Of a stretch of 64,000 nucleotides of DNA, positions 62,005 to 64,000 are shown one piece after another. The notes beneath the pieces are model-generated. The model did not search any database. It was not told the origin of the DNA and saw only the letters and a list, made by a program, of their open reading frames with translations. The stretch spans positions 2,912,001 to 2,976,000 of the forward strand of contig OY762897.2 of NCBI GenBank assembly GCA_963666515.2, read 5' to 3'. The stretch is from Candidatus Binatia bacterium. Lineage in GTDB: Bacteria > Desulfobacterota > Binatia > UBA9968 > JAJDTQ01. The position numbers were made by a program, and so were the translations under genes. Each line of letters starts with the position of its first letter. The stretch's first letter is position 1.

Positions 62005-62348
62005 GGGAGCACCACCACCTGTCCGTTCTCGGGGTCCCTCAGCCCCAGCCGTTTCCGGGCCATGACCTCCAGGCGCTCGGACGCGGTCAGGGTCGCCAGC
62101 TCCAGCTTCAACTCGCGGTTCGTCTGCTCCAGGCGCCGCTCCAGCTTGGCCGCGGTGGACAGCACGTAGCCCAGTTGCACCACGCGCAGGCGCTGCCACA
62201 CGAGCAGCAGGGCCAACGCCACCAGCAGACAACTCAGCGCGACGGGCAACGGCGCGAAGCGGCGCGGCGCCGGCGGCGCGGCCTCGGCCACCTGCTGGTT
62301 GTCGAGGACGCTTGTCTCACCCGTCGGTTCCTGCCGGGACGCCATCAT
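62001..62348 (-). CDS. ftsL: Cell division protein FtsL
   Basis: Single TM helix plus coiled coil, LEVMARKRLGL; lies between rsmH and ftsI. Confidence 0.88.
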   Translation of the reverse strand: MMASRQEPTGETSVLDNQQVAEAAPPAPRRFAPLPVALSCLLVALALLLVWQRLRVVQLGYVLSTAAKLERRLEQTNRELKLELATLTASERLEVMARKRLGLRDPENGQVVVLP

Positions 62349-62385
62349 GTCCCCTCCTTGCGCGCCGCGCCGCAGGCGAAGCGCG

Positions 62386-63339
62386 TCATATCCTTTCGAC
62401 GGCCCTCAGCCTGGCCGAGCGCGCCCTGGGGTTGGTCCGCACCTCGTCGGCGCCGGGCACCCGCGGCCTGCGGGTGAGCGACGTCGCCTTGCGGTCCCAG
62501 CCGCAAACGCACGCGGGAAGGCGCGGCGGACAGACGCAGTCGAGGCCCCACCTGTGAAACGCGCGCTTGACCAGCCGGTCCTCCAGCGAATGGAACGAAA
62601 TGATCACGAGGCGCCCCTTGGCGCGCAGCAGCTCGTAGGCCGACTCCAGGAACCGCTCCAGGTTCTCCAGTTCCCGGTTCACCGCGATGCGCACCGCCTG
62701 GAACGTCCGGGTCGCCGGATGGGTCGCGGGGGCGCGGGCCTTTCCGGGCCGGCGCGCCGCGCCCCCCATGGCCCGGGCTACCGTCTCCGCCAGTTGCCGG
62801 GTCGAGTCGATGGCTCCCTTTCGACGCCGGGCGTCGATGGCCGACGCGATCCGGCGCGCCCTCGGCTCTTCCCCGAAGTCCCGGATGATTTTCTCCAGCT
62901 CGCCCACGGGCAGGCCGTTCACCAGCTCGTGGGCGTCCACCGGGCGGCGCCGGTCCATGCGCATGTCGAGCCGGGCGTCGTTCAGGAAGCCGAATCCCCG
63001 CCCCGGCGTATCGAGCTGGTGAGAAGACAGGCCCAGGTCCAGCAACACGCCGTCCACGCCCGCCCAGCCCACTTCGTCCAGGACCTCCCGCGCCCGGGTG
63101 AAACCCGCCCGGCGCAGGATCACCCGCTCGCCGAAGCGGGCCAGCGCGCGCCCGGCTGCGCCGATGGCCTCGTCATCCCAGTCCAGGCCCAGGAGCGCTC
63201 CGTCCGGAGCCGACCGGCGCAATATCTCCCGCGCGTGTCCGGCTCCGCCCACGGTCGCATCCAGGTACCTTCGCGCCGGTTTCGGTGCGAGGATCTCCAG
63301 GACCTCGCGAAGCATCACGGGCTGGTGTGCGTAGCTCAT
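62386..63339 (-). CDS. rsmH: 16S rRNA m4C1402 methyltransferase
   Basis: HQPVML, DATVGGAGH, LDMRMD, SFHSLED, NPRARSARLR; start at 63339 or 63357. Confidence 0.96.
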   Translation of the reverse strand: MSYAHQPVMLREVLEILAPKPARRYLDATVGGAGHAREILRRSAPDGALLGLDWDDEAIGAAGRALARFGERVILRRAGFTRAREVLDEVGWAGVDGVLLDLGLSSHQLDTPGRGFGFLNDARLDMRMDRRRPVDAHELVNGLPVGELEKIIRDFGEEPRARRIASAIDARRRKGAIDSTRQLAETVARAMGGAARRPGKARAPATHPATRTFQAVRIAVNRELENLERFLESAYELLRAKGRLVIISFHSLEDRLVKRAFHRWGLDCVCPPRLPACVCGWDRKATSLTRRPRVPGADEVRTNPRARSARLRAVERI

Positions 63340-63361
63340 GCGAACCGCGCGGTTCAACCAT

Positions 63362-63730
63362 TCAATGACAGGTGGCCGCGCCCTCCCAGTCGTCGTCGAA
63401 ACTCTCGATGGCCTCGTCCAGCGAAGCGTAGAACTCGAAGACCCCGTCCATGCCCACGACGCGGAAGATATCCTTCAGGTGGGGGTGCATGCCCGAGAGC
63501 TTGAGGTCGCCGTTCATCTCGCGCAGCAGCCGCAGGCGGTCCAGCAGCACCCCGATGCTCAGGTAGTTGATGTGGTCCACCGCCTTGAGATTCAGAACGA
63601 CCTTGAGACGCTCCTTCTCGATCATGCCTCCGATCATGTCCTTGATCCGCACCATCTCCCGGAGGTCGATATCGCCGTTCACGTCGATCACCGCGATATC
63701 CTGAATGGGTTTCCTGTCGAGTCCGATCAT
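63362..63730 (-). CDS. STAS-domain (anti-sigma antagonist-like) protein
   Basis: VIDVNGDID, VVLNLKAVDHINYLSIGVLL, GDLKLSG...IFRVVG..VFE.Y.S.DEA. Confidence 0.85.
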   Translation of the reverse strand: MIGLDRKPIQDIAVIDVNGDIDLREMVRIKDMIGGMIEKERLKVVLNLKAVDHINYLSIGVLLDRLRLLREMNGDLKLSGMHPHLKDIFRVVGMDGVFEFYASLDEAIESFDDDWEGAATCH

Positions 63731-63765
63731 GGATCGCTCCTTTCTTCCGGCGCCCGTCCCCGGAC

Positions 63766-64000
63766 TCACAACCCCAGGTCGGAGAAGTAGTCGGGATCTT
63801 CCATGAGTTGCCCTTCAGCCTCCGTGAACACCTCGTCCCAGGCGTCCTTGTCCCAGATGCGAAACTTCTCGCCCGCCGACACCAGCATCACGTCGCGCTT
63901 CAGCTCGGCGTAACTGCGCAACGTGGGCGGGATGAGGATGCGCCCGGGGTCATCCACGACGCATTCCGTCGCTCCGCCCAGGTAGTAGTTCTGAAACCGC
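63766..64000 (-). CDS. mraZ: MraZ, 5'-partial
   Basis: VDDPGRILIPPTLRSYAEL.RDV...FRIWDK..W; heads the dcw cluster. Confidence 0.9.
   Translation of the reverse strand, partial: RFQNYYLGGATECVVDDPGRILIPPTLRSYAELKRDVMLVSAGEKFRIWDKDAWDEVFTEAEGQLMEDPDYFSDLGL

Overview
GC-rich bacterial chromosome window; the gene content suggests a deltaproteobacterial/Binatota-like lineage (inference only). The housekeeping backbone comprises mfd-surA-pdxA-uvrA-iscS-iscA-nifS-lpxL-SDR-msrA, ssrA/smpB/panC/panB/gshA/mtnA and the dcw cluster from ftsZ to a partial mraZ, with a STAS gene between mraZ and rsmH. There are three defence patches. (1) 1-2923: the end of a frameshifted Type III Res gene followed by a TIR-domain protein. 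(2) 6365-7691: an HTH-fused DNA methyltransferase with a probable leaderless promoter holding two GACGTC sites, plus a truncated convergent partner gene; it sits inside an aromatic-acid catabolic cluster (UbiD, crotonase, CoA ligase, TctC/TctA). (3) 26213-40250: an integrase-less island at the tmRNA 3' end with a 720-bp hicAB unit bounded by a 58-bp tmRNA 3'-end duplication, a GmrSD-like gene remnant and a Type I R-M operon hsdM-hsdS-[RT-nitrilase]-hsdR-metalloprotease, whose hsdR is split by an IS256. The top candidate system is the intact 1285-aa reverse transcriptase-nitrilase fusion occupying the hsdS-hsdR slot, where prrC sits in EcoprrI. Every restriction nuclease visible in the window looks broken, while the methyltransferases and accessory effectors look intact. 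A pan RNA motif with a terminator/antiterminator layout precedes panB. All family calls come from motif recognition by eye; no searches were run.
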